Assembly (NCBI RefSeq): GCF_006345805.1
Contig: NC_042998.1
Coordinates: 94,550,001 to 94,614,000, forward strand
DNA length: 64,000 nt
Reading direction: 5' to 3'
From: Octopus sinensis
Lineage: Eukaryota
Under the pieces are notes generated by a model. That model searched no databases and had not been told where the DNA came from. It saw nothing but the letters and a program-made list of their open reading frames with translations. Each line of letters opens with the position of its first letter. Positions within the stretch are counted from its first letter, which is position 1. Shown in pieces: positions 25,193 to 39,149 of this stretch. The translations under genes were made by a program, and so were the position numbers.

Positions 25193-25780
25193 CCCTTCTG
25201 TTACCCACCTGCCCAAAATCAACCCTGGTTCTATGACACAAACTTCCTATTTTAAAAGATTATAAAACTATCAAAATTTCATGTTGATTTATGTTCCAAA
25301 TACCAGCTTAATAATGACAGTTATTTTACTAAATCCTTCATTATTTTCAAAATTAATTGAAACCAGAGCACTCAGAGAGCACAAACCTCCACCAAGGCAA
25401 CACCAACGTCCTCTCAATGATTAGCCTGAGATGATTTTTAAAATGAGAATATCTGAAATAAACTTGACTGCTCTTACAAACAAGAATACTAAAAATGAAC
25501 CCAGCTGGTCTCAAAAATTAAATAAAAAAAAGAATTAAAAAAAAAAAACAGAAAAATAATTCAGAATCCTTGACCAGTACCAGATCAATCCCCAAATCTA
25601 ATCAGTTCATGCCAATCATGAGGCCAAACATCCCTGAAAGTTTCATCTGAATCCATTCAGCAGTTCTTGAGATATCTTGTCCATGGACAAACAAACACAA
25701 CCAAAAACAATACCTCCGCCTTCACTAAGGCGGAGGTAATAAAAGTAGAGTATTTCAACAGAAATATGGTAACAAAAGGT
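25193..25780. mobile_element. MITE P1 interrupted by a Helentron-like insertion
   Basis: TTAA|CCCTTCTGTTAC ... GTAACAAAAGGT|TTAA; the P1 body stops near 25363 and resumes at 25741. Confidence 0.8.
25364..25740 (+). mobile_element. Non-autonomous Helitron/Helentron-like element
   Basis: Perfect 12-bp terminal hairpin tacctccgcctt-cact-aaggcggaggta (25711-25738) and a related sub-terminal motif aacctccaccaagg near the 5' end. Confidence 0.7.
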
Positions 25781-27097
25781 TTAAACTGTTTGTCTACTTA
25801 GAAAACTAAGGAAACAACAGATATATATGGTTAGTGAAAGCTTGATTGCTGTAGAATTATTTTATTTTGTTGTATAATTCCTATATTGATGTGTAAGAAC
25901 ACAAAATTTATGCATTTTCTGTTTTAAATGGGTCCTGATATAGAAACAATAAATAGATGATATTTGTTGATTTATATGAATTTTTATTTATTTCTGAAGT
26001 GATGTGTCTATGATCTACTATTTTGATAGTAGACTATAGAAGGAGTTTCTAAATGTTGGCATAGCATGCTGGAAATAGCAGACAATAGTCCTTCAAATAT
26101 CATCCTGTCACATTTAAGAAAAACAACTACATTGAAGAATGTAGTTCTCAATACATTATCTATGGAGAAATAAACAAGACAGGGGTGTTAAAACAAAAAT
26201 AATTTTCAACTAAGTTATATAATCAGTTTTACTTAAAATGTCATTCTCCATGATGAAAGAATTTACTTTTAATCATCTGCAACAAGCAGGTTGATGAGTT
26301 TATTCACATATGCTAATCACTTTTCTAAATATCATCTTCAATTATAGTTAGTTAATTGGTTAGATATGATAGGAACTGATATTTTAGTTACAATTGACTA
26401 ATATAGAATGAGAAAATATTATTGCCTATTGGTTTTAAAACATTCATTATGTAAGTCATTAAGCATGTACACTGGTCAGTTTCTTAAATTGAGCAGTGGA
26501 TTTTCTTTTTATTATTATTCATTTCTCTTCTGCTGTCATTCCCAAATAATATCTGTTTATCAAACTTTATTGAAAATCTGAATATCATCATATGATTTGC
26601 TTTTCTAGCAGCCTTGAAAGAAAAGTTTCCTTAATTAACTTCTATACAATTAGTGAGACCTGTATCATTATGGCTATGCTAGTCTACTCTAAGAATCTCT
26701 ACCCCATTAGTTGACTATTGAAAAATTTCAATCATTTATTGGGAGTTATTTCCCCTATCACTAGCTGTTTATTATTTTTTTTTTGTTAATTTTTTTCAAG
26801 CATCTTTTAACCTTTAACAGATTAATGTAGACCTTACCTAATCCTTCACACTCCTACCCCCTTTTTCCCCTCCCTCAGTGTTCATTTATATGCATGAAGC
26901 TTGGAATGTTATGAATTGCCATAACCTCATATCTTTCCCTGTGTAGTTATCTTCTGATTAGATATATAGTTCAAGTGATAGATTAATAATCATGTGGTTA
27001 AAATGTGCATGGTAATGTAGGCATTTTTAATGGAGAGAAAACATTGATTATTGAGTGCTATTCAGCTTCTTAATTATACAAAATATATTTTGTTCAG

Positions 27098-27187
27098 AGT
27101 TGAAATGATTGCAATTAGAAGAGGCAGTACAATAATGAGTCCATCAGTTCAAAAAGTTTTATTAGTCAGCCCAAATATATATCATCT
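27098..27187 (+). CDS. Weak candidate 90-nt exon, open only in phase 2, xVEMIAIRRGSTIMSPSVQKVLLVSPNIYHx
   Basis: tattttgttcag acceptor and TCT|gtaagg donor; multiple of 3. The phase differs from the main set. Confidence 0.25.
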
Positions 27188-27455
27188 GTAAGGCATAGAT
27201 TTAAATAGGGAAGAGAAAAAGCATGATCTTAAACTCAACAATCTTTATGGCATTTAATTATTTGATATTCATAATATGAATGATGTTAGATAAATTGAGA
27301 AAAATATGCAACTAAGAAAAATGTAGCTTCTTGAATGATTTTGTGAAAGGTTTCTAGTTACCGAAGTTAATGTCAGAAAGATTGGTTATAACCAGTTTAA
27401 ACAAATAACATTGTCTAATCTATGAAGAAATAAAATTAAAGTAATTTTTGGCCAG

Positions 27456-27464
27456 TTTGATCAG
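27456..27464 (+). other. Perfect donor CAG|GTAAGT: 9-nt microexon (TTTGATCAG) or zero-length recursive site
   Basis: taatttttggccag|TTTGATCAG|gtaagt; phase 1 reading is closed by TGA. Confidence 0.3.
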
Positions 27465-27705
27465 GTAAGTATTTATTTTAATGTTGTAATATTAATCTCA
27501 AGATACAATTATTAGTCCATTAATATATAACATAGAGAGGTACTTTTTAAAATTATTCTATTTGTACATGGATAGAGAGCTTGAGAATATGTATTTATTT
27601 TCTTTTTTACATTTATTTAGAAACTAATACCTTAGTTAAAGCTTGTAAGATTTTGTGTGGGTGTGTGTTTGTGCATGAATGAGTGATTGCATTCTGAAAT
27701 CTTGA

Positions 27706-28549
27706 AATTAGGATTTTTTTAATAGCTTTAACTTAATGAAAAACAAAACAGAAAATACTATATTTTTTCTGGACTTTACAGTTATTTTGCATATGATTTT
27801 TAGCCTTTACATTTTTACAAAGCAACAAATTTGATTGACCTCCTGTTAATATATATTTTCATACATGTTATATACTTTGAAGGTGAGGAGTCCCCATTCA
27901 TATATAAATTGCATCTTATAAGAAAGAAAAAACCTTTTATTTAGACAAACAAGCAATATGGTTGATTTAATGCAATGTTTCTGCAAGTTCATCATTCTTT
28001 CTTTCTAAGTTTAAGGTTCACAGCACCCTTGTTGGAACATGGATCTTGGATGGCCTCATTTGTCAATTGTTTTATTGAATCATTTTGTTACCATATTTCT
28101 GTCGAAATACCATCTTTTTTTAATTAATTAGGATTTTTTTAATAGCTTTAACTTAATGAAAAACAAAACAGAAAATACTATATTTTTTCTGGACTTTACA
28201 GTTATTTTGCATATGATTTTTAGCCTTTACATTTTTACAAAGCAACAAATTTGATTGACCTCCTGTTAATATATATTTTCATACATGTTATATACTTTGA
28301 AGGTGAGGAGTCCCCATTCATATATAAATTGCATCTTATAAGAAAGAAAAAATCTTTTATTTAGACAAACAAGCAATATGGTTGATTTAATGCAATGTTT
28401 CTGCAAGTTCATCATTCTTTCTTTCTAAGTTTAAGGTTCACAGCACCCTTGTTGGAACATGGATCTTGGATGGCCTCATTTGTCAATTGTTTTATTGAAT
28501 CATTTTGTTACCATATTTCTGTCGAAATACCATCTTTTTTTAATTAATT
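27706..28549 (+). repeat. Near-perfect 420-bp tandem duplication
   Basis: 27706-28125 repeats at 28126-28545. One difference seen by eye (C27933 vs T28353); AATT microhomology at the junction. Confidence 0.97.
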
Positions 28550-28706
28550 TTGGAAATGAAAACTATACTAAATAACTTCACTGTTATTAAGCTGATGTTT
28601 GTGACATAAATTAATATGAAATTTTCAATTTAGGCCTCTTAAAAACAAGAAGGTTGTACCATAGAGCCAGAAGCATTCTTGGGTGGGTGGGTTGGTATCA
28701 AAAGGG
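28501..28706. mobile_element. MITE P1 (decayed); its left end is duplicated at 28081-28125
   Basis: ttttgttaccatatttctgtcgaaatac ... gttggtatcaaaaggg|ttac. Confidence 0.75.
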
Positions 28707-29099
28707 TTACATGTAAAATCTCATAGTAACCTGATTAGAAACCACAGATTTAGGGTTTATAAAGTACTCTTGATCATAATAGTCAGCTGAGGTCTTTGTA
28801 AAACAAATTCATTAAGAATTCTACACAGCATTCATTGAACAGAGTTAGATTGAACTCTTATTTCTCAGCCATTAAAGACGAATGTCTCTGATGTTGATTC
28901 ATGCTAATAGCTTGTCCTGTGATGGTGAATGTTTCAGCTGCTTTCTTCTTCCTCCTATCCTCTCTGATTTTATGGGGTTGGGGTATTGGGTGGGAGCTGT
29001 TGAGATCTCCATTTGCTATATCACTATGGTCAAGTCAACCAGCCTCAGGATAAGGAACAACAGGGGCTAACGTCAGTAATAGGATATGACAGAGGTGTC

Positions 29100-31370
29100 T
29101 TATGATGGCTGGGGCAATTCTAGTCGGTCAGTGCAAAGATGGTGATGGCAGTGATAGTGATGTTATAGCATTGGAAATGTTGATGTTAGTGTTGTTGTTG
29201 TTGTGGTGGTGGTGGTATTAATGTGGGCACTGGATGTGAAGATGGTAATTACAAAGTGGGTGGATATGGAGATATTATTGTTATTATTATTATTGGCGGT
29301 GGTGTTGGGTGGTGATGGTGTTGGCTGTGAAGATGCTGGAAATGGTTGACCTGATGGTCATGGTGGTGAGGGCTGCAGTGGGAGTAGACTGCAGAGTGGC
29401 CACGAGAGAAAGAGAGAGAAACAGTGGTTTATTGATTGGTTTTAGTCCGGCTGGTTTGTTGGCTCTTACTGCGCAGCACCATTGCTTGAACAGAGATAGT
29501 AGTGATGATGATGATGATGGTGGTGGTGATGGCGGTGGCAGTGATGGCAAAAGCAATGGGGTACTGCCAATATAGGAGAGGAAAGCAAGTAAAAGGGTTT
29601 GGGAACAGGTAGGATTGATAATTGTGGGGAGAGAGAGAGAGAGAGAAGAGGTGGTCGATAGTTTGAGAATTAGGAATAAAAGCAAAAATAAAATGAAAAT
29701 GAAGTATATAAAAATAAAGATCAAAATATTCTGGACTGAGGTCAGCAAAGAGCATTGGTGAAAAATTACACAATAAAATAGGAAGAAGAGGAAGAGAAAC
29801 AAGCTTGACCAAGGATAGTGGGGTGGGGATGTTGATTCTGATCAGTGAGTAAAACTTTTAGAGAGAGGATGGTAGACTAGAATCTAAGAGAAACACCGAG
29901 AGAGAGAGAGAGAGGGAGAGAAAGATTGAGAGAAAATAGAGAGAGGAAAGCAGCAGTAGCACTATGTACATGAAGAAGAGAGAGACTACACTGCTGTCTA
30001 CTAACTGCAGGAGGCTTGGCCATGTATTGATTTCTCTTTGCAATTTTGTCAGGTCTCTGCCCAACAGTCTTTGCTTTATCAGGTTGTCATGGCAATGTAA
30101 ACCTTCCATGAGATTCTCTTCTCTTTTCCATCTACTACTGGAAATTAAATCTGATGCTAAACCCTAGGACCCTTATTCCCTCCCCTACCTCATGACTCTC
30201 ACTCAAATCCATCTCTTTCTCTGTTTCTCTCTCTCTGTTTCTCTCTCTCTGTTTCTCTCTCTCTTTGTGTTTCTTTCTCTCTCTCTCTCTCTAGATATTT
30301 ACACACAAATATATGTGTTTGTAGAAATGTATGTGTACGATATAAATGTGTGATTTTATATATATATATATAAAATGTATGTCTGTCTATGTATAAATGT
30401 GTATATAAAATTTGTGTGTGTATATATATGCATAGAGATAGATATGTATGTAGATACATACACATCCTACTGTGTATGTTACACAGTCATATTCATTTAA
30501 TGTACATAGTTATATATGTAGAGAGAGGTTATAGAATGGAAAAATATTTACTGAATCACACATACATTCATGGATCATTCATTTCTTACATATACGCTTA
30601 CAGGCATCCACACTTTGATATTGTGCAGACTCTAGATTACAAGCATACACCTATGCATGCATCCATCCACACACACACACACACACAAACGCATTAATGT
30701 ATATACATACATTCATACAGTACTGTGCACCCCACAAAAGCTTACCATTCCATACCTACTTTCCCCATTGCCACAGACTCACACGCTCCACATTTGCAAG
30801 CTCACGCGCACACCTACCTACATATACACCTATGCTAGCACACACACACACTCGCATGCAAGTTCACACTCCCATATCAGTTGTCATACTCCTACATAAG
30901 TGACACTCTTCCACATAGGCATTCCCTCTTCACACACTCAAGATTCTTAGATACACACACACACACATGTTGTATATTTATATGATGTGTATAAGTGTAT
31001 GCATATCTGTAGATATTGTGTGTGTATTCACTTTCATACACAGAGCTTCTCTTTAGAAATTCATTCATATTCCACTTTTACACACACACACACACACACA
31101 CAGAAACATCATATATTCATTTCATTAAATATAGAGACACACTCATTCTACATACAGACATAGAAGCACATTCTCTACCAATTGGATTTTACACACACCC
31201 ACATAACCACTCACATGCTCTCTCTCTCTATCTCCCTAGTATACACATACAACCATTCCTTCATTGATACATACAGAGAATTTACCTACATCTATGTACA
31301 CACCCATTTCTCTTTTACTCTCCACAGTTTTCTTCCTTCCTTCCTACATTCTCCAATCCTTTTATTTTCA
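29100..31370. repeat. Low-complexity block: GGT/GAT/GTT triplets, GA purine tract, (CT)n, then (AC)/(AT)-rich
   Basis: Successive degenerate microsatellites; they explain the ORFs at 29.3-31.3 kb. Confidence 0.9.
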
Positions 31371-31373
31371 TAG

Positions 31374-31410
31374 TGGGTGGGCAGAGAAGGAAGTCAAAAT
31401 AAATTTGTTG
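31374..31410 (+). other. Weak candidate 37-nt exon or short terminal exon (phase 1 xGGQRRKSK*)
   Basis: Strong acceptor ccaatccttttattttcatag and donor TTG|gtaaag; it lies at the end of a long pyrimidine-rich low-complexity tract. Confidence 0.22.
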
Positions 31411-31482
31411 GTAAAGTGATCAGAGTGGAGATTGAGTGTGCACTCAGCTACTTTCATATTTTCTGTACTCTCTATCTATCTA

Positions 31483-31519
<37 letters not shown>

Positions 31520-32440
31520 AGTTTCCTTTTTTTCTTTACTAACGTCATTCATTGGGCTGAGGCCATGCTGGAGTCTGGAGTACCATATTGAAGTACTTTA
31601 ATGGGTTATATTAACCCCATCACTTTGGTATTTATTTCGTCAACCTTGTAAGATGGGATGGTAAAGTCAGCATAATGGGATGTTACCAAATGCTATAACT
31701 TATTTTTCTATGATGCTCAGCTGAAGCTACATTGCCTGCTCAAATGCACTCATGCACATACAATATGTGGGCACATATATGTACTTGTGTGAATGTGTAT
31801 GTAAGTATATACACACATGTACCGTGTGCCTGTAGCTATTTCTGTATCATGGTTTCTCATGATTATCTTGTGTTCTTGACACAGTGCTCTTCAGCAAACT
31901 ATGTTGTATTTGTTGTAATTAATGATTAGATAGTGATATGTCATGCCATTATTCAGGCTCTGTCAATTGCTTCTAAATGTTAGAGTAAAAATTCCATACT
32001 GTATCCACAGGTTGACACTAACTCTTTTCATTATTGTGTGACTATGATATTTCTCAGTGAAACATTAAGTGCAATGTTTTGAACTATTATGTATGCAGTG
32101 GCTCAATTAATATTTGACCATCCAATAGCAAGAGACTCACTTCCTTTTGCCATTTGTGCTTCAAGCGTGATATGTCTTTTTGATGATGTTTATGGGAGCT
32201 GTTGTTGATATACTGAGCTCTTAAATGAGTTTCCTATTTGAGCAATGTAAGATAGTACTGTTGTATTTTTTCTGTGATCTAATACATGGTGCAGTTACTC
32301 ATGCACTGGTTATCCAAGGGCCATGACTCAGTGTTTAGACAGTGACAGTTGCCTTTTCTAATTTGTATTATTTTAAGGGATTTTGTGATTTTGTGATGTG
32401 TGTGTGTATACATATATATGTATGTGTGTATATATATACC

Positions 32441-33540
32441 GATCTATCATGACCCACTCAACGCACGGGTGAGGGTGTGGTTGTTACTTTCTGTTTGTTA
32501 TTGCCACATTCTCCCTCTTTATTTCTCTCTCCTTTCTCTCTCACTTTCCCACTCTCTTACTATTCCTTTCTCTCGGACTATCCCTCGCTTTCTCTTACTC
32601 TATCTTTATCTATCTCTCTCTCTCCCATTTATAAAAAACAAAAGATCTTGAGTAAGTTGAGAAAGAAAATATTTTGAAAGATCAATCATAAATATCAGGC
32701 AGTGACAACGGAAATCACACTCGCCTTTTGTACATGCCACTATTTGAGTGATTAAAAATAAGGAAAAAAAAAAAGGATTTCTTTGTTAAATTTAGTACTT
32801 ATTTTGGGAATTTTTCGATGATTGACCATGCAAATGAAAGCTCTAAATATGGGCTACATGCAGCTGTAAATTTCTTTCAGAAAAAATGAAAACTAAACAA
32901 TAAAAAATAAAAGGCAAAAATACGTAAAAATGAAATTTTTTTTTCAACTTCAAAAATCTTGCCTTAATTTTCAAACTTTTGAACCCATTTTCCGCGCTTA
33001 AATTACAAATCCACTTCCACTTTACCATGTTGAAAATTTGATTGAAATCGGGCAAAAGGTGTCCAATCTAGACCCCCAAGTGTCCCCCAAAATCAATAAA
33101 ATCTCTGTTTTCACAGCAAAGTCACCACTGTAGCACCCCAAAACGTCCCCCAATCAATTTCTCACCTCAAGTTACCCCCTCCTGTAAATTTTAATCCCCT
33201 TCCAGCCCCATTTAGACCTTTTTTTACATAAAAATCCAATTTGTATCAACATTCACCTTCTTTATTTTATAGATTAGATTAGATGAAAATCGCGCCAATC
33301 TGGAGGGGCTTACAGCCCCCTTGAATCGATAAAAAATCACTCTTCTCACCATAGCAACAGCATCTTTGCAGATGGTGAGTTTTAACCTACTCAACTCTCT
33401 GCCTCATCATACCTTCTATGCCTGTGTTAATTTTCAGCTCGATCCAACTACTGGTCTGGCCACCAACCTCTGACGTAGCAAAATGTGCACACAATTTTGA
33501 CCCTTTTTATATATATATCTTATACTTATATATATATATA
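32441..33540 (+). mobile_element. Probable non-autonomous Helitron-like element
   Basis: 5' quasi-palindrome gacccactcaacgcacgggt, retained CpGs, aattttcagctcgatcc block and a cttttatatatata end, typical of invertebrate non-autonomous helitrons (from memory). Confidence 0.5.
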
Positions 33541-34049
33541 GTTAAATTTAAAAGCCAGTTATTCCACAACAATTTCTGTTAGAAAACAATTTACTTGCAT
33601 AACTGTAGGATACTTATCAAAACAATACAAACCCAAGAGATGACAGCTGTAATTGTCAGAATTATTAGTCAAGCCCTTGGTGTGTGTGTGTGTGTGCAGC
33701 TGTATTGTCTATTAGGTCGCTGTAACTGAAGTGAACAACAATACTGAATTTTGCAACAGCTTAACTGAGAATTTAGTCACCATCATATGAAAATTTGAAA
33801 TATTGTTTGGGAAAAAAAAGACCAGTACAACTCTTCCAAAGCCAAAAGAGATTGAGGTGAGCTGCTGACATTGCATAGTTTATCTTGGACAATAATTGTG
33901 TAAAATGATGTAATTTATGTTTGATTGAGAAATATTGCATTATAAATCACTCCACACTTATAATTAACAGAAAGACAGAGTTAATCCCCACTTGCAAACA
34001 CAGTATGAAGTTTTTGCTATTTCTTTTCAGGGCTACAGGCAGAGCGCTA

Positions 34050-34760
34050 GTGGTGACACATCATCACCATCATTAATGTCTGTTATCCATGCTGGCATGG
34101 GTTGGCTGGTTTGACTAGGGCTGGTAAACTCAAAGGCTGCACCAGACTCCAGTCTGATATGGTATGGTTTTCTATGGCTGGATGCTCTTCCTAACACCAA
34201 CCACTCTGAGAGTGTAATGGGTGCTTTTATGTGCCACCAATACAGGTGCCATTTGCATGACATCAGTATCTGCCACGACTGCGATTTTGGTCGGCTTGAT
34301 GGGTCTTCTTCTCAAGCATGACATAATGCCAAAGGTCTCAGTCATTGCCTCCATGAGACCCAATGCTTGAAAGGAACTCAGCCACTTTGCCTCTTTGAGG
34401 CCCAACACTCAAAAGGAACTCAGCCTCTTTGCTTCCGTGAGGCCCAACACTCGAAAGGTGCTCTTAACATGCCACTAGCATGGGTGCCAGTTACGTAACA
34501 TCAGCCATCACTACAATTTCACTTGGCTTTCGGGTCTTCTCAAGCACAGCATATCGCCAAAGGTCTTCGTCACAGTCATTGCCTCTGTGAGGACCGAAGT
34601 TCAAAGATCATGCTTCACCACTTCATTCTGTCTTCCTGGGTCTACTTCTACGATAGGTTCCCTCCACAGTTAGAGATCAGCACTTCCTCGTCCATACACA
34701 TCACATGATCATACCAGATGTCTCTCTTGCACTCCACATCTGATGCCTCTTATGCCTAAC
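34050..34760 (-). mobile_element. Long SINE family C / RTE-derived element with internal tandem repeats of about 42 bp
   Basis: catcatcaccatcattaatgtc...catgctggcatgggttgg...ggatgctcttcctaacaccaaccactc; three units tgaggcccaacactc.aaaggaactcagcc at about 34335-34460. Confidence 0.85.
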
Positions 34761-35230
34761 TCTTCTCTCAAGATGCTTACACTCTGTCGAACATGCATAC
34801 TGACATTGCACATCCAGCGAAACATACTGGCTTAATTTCTTTCAAGCCTATGCATGCCCTCGGTTGTCACAGCTCATGCCACAGAACACATTATATACTA
34901 CCATCTTGTCTTTTGCTTCAAATAAAAACACAGTTTGTTGAAGATAGTTACATCCAAATTTCTGTTTTAGCTAAATGTGCATGTATGAAAAGGCCTCTTT
35001 ACTGAGTGTACATACTACATCCTGTTGCATTGAAGATGTCCTGCATCACATAATTTTGATGAGTTTTTGTTGAAAAACTCTGGCCAGCAAATTCTCTTAG
35101 CTCTTAGCAGATTGCCCTGGGAAAAGCTCATCACTCACTCCTTTTCAAGCAAGATAGCAAATGGATGTGATGAAGAGATCAAACTTACCATTAGCCCCAA
35201 CATAGGTCATAGTATCATGAAAATTTGCTT

Positions 35231-35263
<33 letters not shown>

Positions 35264-36739
35264 CTTGGACTTTTGTTTGAAAGTAGCTGAGAGAATGCAC
35301 AACTGACTACTACCTCTGCCTCCGCCATTGTTGATGCCCTCTCTAAGCTGAGTGTATTAGTTGATGCTATTCTATTTTCTGTGTCTATATCACTGTGTGG
35401 GGACCAACATGTCAAAGGGTAGGCCCAGCACTTCCTTTGTGTGTCGTTAAAGGCAACTAAAAGAGGTTGCAGTAGGAGTTACACTCCAACCTCATAAAAC
35501 CCTCACCAGTAATGACTACCCAAACAGACCCATGGGTTGGAGGGTATTTGCCTGAGTGGTGCAAAGATGTCATCTGTCAGGTTTAGAGAATCACTAACAG
35601 ACAGTGGATGTAGCAACGCAGTATTACAGTGCATGCCTTCATACTACTACACTTGCTCTTGCTATATACAGGGCCAGATTAAGACCCATAGAGGGTTTTG
35701 ATACCCTCAATTATATGTAAATGGTTCAAAATGTAAACAATAATAAACCATAAAATAAATTTTTATTTTTCAAAATAAAACAAAATTCACAGTAAGATGG
35801 AAAATAATGTTTATTTTTGAATGCTTCCATTTTATTTATATTTGAAAAGTTTTTCCTTCATTTTTTGTTTTTGTTTTAATTGCAAAGTTTTTGATGATAT
35901 CGTTAAAATTGATTTTACTTAAAATTTCTGCTTCTCTATTTAGTAGAGATAAGGCATTATGAATATTATTTTAGCAAATTTAAAGTGATTTCATTCGTGC
36001 CATAAACCATTTTCATTTCTGTGGTGTCCCCATCTCTCAATGCCCTAAGCATATGCTTATTTTGTTTAATGGATTAATACAGCGCTGACTATCTACTACA
36101 AACCTTTCTGTCTCCTTGGTGTATATAACAATAGTATATAGGCAAAATAAAATTTTACAAGTGGTTGAAACAATTATTTTGAACTATGAAATGGTATACA
36201 TAACAGTCCATTTATGATACAGTTTTTGTTCACTCAGTCTGTGAAACTATTCCTGAGAGATATCCATCTTGTCCAGGCACATAGATGAGTGGATACTGAA
36301 GAGCATGTAATTTGTATGTATTTTTTACTTGTTGTCCAGAAATTTTAGGTCAGTGCTTCTCTCTTTCTACACATTTGGTTACCCATAATCAAAGGCAACT
36401 CCATAGCAGTTTGGTTCACTGAATGTTGTCCTTGTAGTCACTTATCTATATCAACGAATATCTGGAGTCCACAGCAAGGACCAGCTACAAGTACATATTT
36501 AGAAATGTTTACTTAATTATTTGTAAAATGGTTCATATCTTGGTGCCACAGTATGATATAAAATCTGGTGTCTTTCATGTAATTACAACAGTATCCTGTT
36601 GATGCATATTTCCGACAAAAATTAAAAGAAAAGAAAAGAGCTTACAAGAATTCTTGAGGCTCAATTACTTGGAGTTGAATGATCCAGTCCAATAGTAAGC
36701 TTATCCTGTACTTTGACTGTTGGCACGAAGCTCATTTAT

Positions 36740-36900
36740 GTTTAGGTGCAAACCCTAAAAGATGTCTGAAATACTGAGCCATACACTCTAATCATCTATG
36801 GGAAATGTTAGGACTCTTCTGTGTATGTTAACTACAGTATTTTCAGTGGCCCTGAAAGGTATGCTACAATACTGAAATAATACATTCAGCATGTTTCACT
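36740..36900 (+). mobile_element. Highly decayed RTE endonuclease start
   Basis: tgggaaatgttaggactctt resembles WNVRTL with an indel, followed by cctgaaagg (PER) as in RTE ORFs. Confidence 0.4.
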
Positions 36901-37837
36901 TCTTCACATTTACAATATTGGTATACCTTTGACGTATAACCAATTACAAAACACTAAAAGAAGAGCATCTCGTGCTTACTGTATAATTGACTGCAGCATT
37001 TAACAAGTCGGCTATAATGAATGATAGTAGGTTTTGTTTACTTGTTTTCCTTCAGCAGACTCTTGTCTGGTCATAGAATGACTGCAATATCAGTACTGAG
37101 GCATGCATAAAATTGTTTCTAAGTTTCCTTATGTCTGCTCGTTAGTGCAGAAAGAGACTCTACACAGTGCACACTTCTTTTTGTTACTTCCTGCTCCTGG
37201 TGTATCTGGAAGCATCAACATTAAAGCAGGACTGATATTTATTTGTTGCCTCTTGTTGTCTCTGTTTTTGAATTCTATCTTGAATATTTGCTTTGCTAAT
37301 TTTTTTGAACTGACTAACCAGTGACACTTAAAGAACTTACTTAAGAAATATCTGAACGAAATGACAGTGAGGAGATTGAGAACTGTCTGTCTATGAATAG
37401 TTATGAGGGGGATGATAGTGGAAGTATATAGATGTGTGTGTTTATATAGGGAAAAAAAACAGAGGGTGAGAAAATATTGTAGAGAAATAACCTTTGAACT
37501 GAATACTAGAATCAAATTGAGTTTTAAGTAAAAATGAAATTAATATTGTCTCTTAAAATAATTAACAGACTTCTATAGTCTTCTGGCGCACAAATGTCAG
37601 TGAAGGGTGATGATAAGAGAGAATACCACAAAAAGAAGTATAATTTCAGTATTGAATGAAAACAACTTCATAGACTGACTTTAGGTTTGCAATCGAAGCA
37701 GATGTAGTCATAAAAAAAAAATCTAGCAGTCAAATTTATTGACAGTTGAAGAATAAGAGGGACAATTGAAGAGGCAATGGCTTCTTAAATATTCTTAGAA
37801 AACCTATTGTATATGGATTTTTTTTTTTGAAATATGG

Positions 37838-38051
37838 CCCTTTAGCATTTAAACTGGCCATATCCAGTCCAAATACTCCACCTGTTTTATGATCAAGCTG
37901 GCCAGATCCAGCCTCTCACACTTATGCTACAATGTCATTCTAAAAATAAATATTCACATCATTGAAATCTCGAAGCTACAAGATAATGCATGATTAATTC
38001 AGAAGACAGAATAAATCAGCATCACATTTGACAGAATAATCTGAATGCTAA
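37838..38051. mobile_element. MITE P2
   Basis: ccctttagcatttaaactggccatatcc...gataatgcatgattaattc...ctgaatgctaa. Confidence 0.85.
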
Positions 38052-38059
38052 TTCATGTG

Positions 38060-38282
38060 CATATTATATTCTTTTATTATTTTACTTGTTTCAGTCATTT
38101 GACTGCGGCTATGCTGGAGCACCAACTTTATTTGAACAATTCGACCCTGGGACTTATTCTTTGTAAGCCTAGTACTTACTCTATCGGTCTCTTTTGCCGA
38201 ACCGCTGAGTTACGGGGAGTATAACCATACCAACATTGGTTGTTAATCGATAGTGGTGGGACAAACACAGACAAACAAACAT

Positions 38283-38315
<33 letters not shown>

Positions 38316-38480
38316 AATGATGGGCTTCTTTCAGGTTCCATCTACCAAATCCACTCACAAGGCTTTGGTTGACCTGAGGCTATAGTAGAAGACACTTGCC
38401 CAAGGTGCGACACAGTGGGACTGAACCTGGAACTATGTGGTTGGGAAGCAAGCTTGTTACCACACAGCCACACCTGTGCC
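38060..38480 (-). mobile_element. SINE family B, near full length, antisense
   Basis: tttacttgtttcagtcatttgactgcgg...gaagacacttgcccaaggtgcgacacagtgggactgaacc...cacacagccacacctgtgcc. Confidence 0.92.
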
Positions 38481-39031
38481 TTTATATATGTATAAAAATC
38501 TTACAGAAATCTTTAGTATGAGATAATGAGCGTTCACTCTGGAGTTTTCAAGTCAACCCAGATCAAACATACATTCATTTTAATGTTCATTCTTCCAGGC
38601 TTTCATAGGTCAGATGGAATTTGTTAAGATAAATATTCTATGGTCAGATGCTCTTTTTGCTGCCAACCCTCACCAGTTTCCAAGAAGGTAATAAATTCCA
38701 TGGCAGACATATTTTTCACAGATTAGAAATGAAGGTCCAGACAAAGGGGCACAGACACACACACATGACGGACTGTTTTTTTTTAGTTTCCTTTTACCAA
38801 ACCTCCTCACAAGGCTTTGATTGGCCAGACGCTATTGTGGAAGATGCTCACCCAAGGTGCCATAATGTGTGAGCCCTTGTCTCCTCAACTTTTGGTGCAA
38901 TGGAACCTGTAAACTGCGAATGATATTCGAGTTAATCCTCTTCCACTTCCTTTTTCTTTCAATTACATTCTTGAAATTGAAAAGTTACACTTACCAAATG
39001 TTAATGTTTCATTACTTTTATGCAGTTGGTG

Positions 39032-39093
<62 letters not shown>

Positions 39094-39149
39094 TAATAAT
39101 AATAATAATAAAACTGATAATTTTTAACTACCTGCAAATAGTTACTTTA

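Noticed and set aside
29290-29812. 127-170 aa hydrophobic or low-complexity ORFs
   Set aside because: Products of degenerate GGT/GAT and GA repeats.
33372-33374. ttgcag|ATG|gtgagt 3-nt microexon with a strong donor
   Set aside because: It lies inside a probable Helitron-like repeat, so the motif is more likely part of the element; cryptic use is not excluded.
34031-34052. Strong acceptor followed by GYRQSAS
   Set aside because: Donor GTG|gtgaca is weak, phase 1 is closed, and it abuts a SINE tail.
34335-34460. Three repeats of about 42 bp resembling a CRISPR array
   Set aside because: No unique spacers, eukaryotic context, internal to a retroelement.
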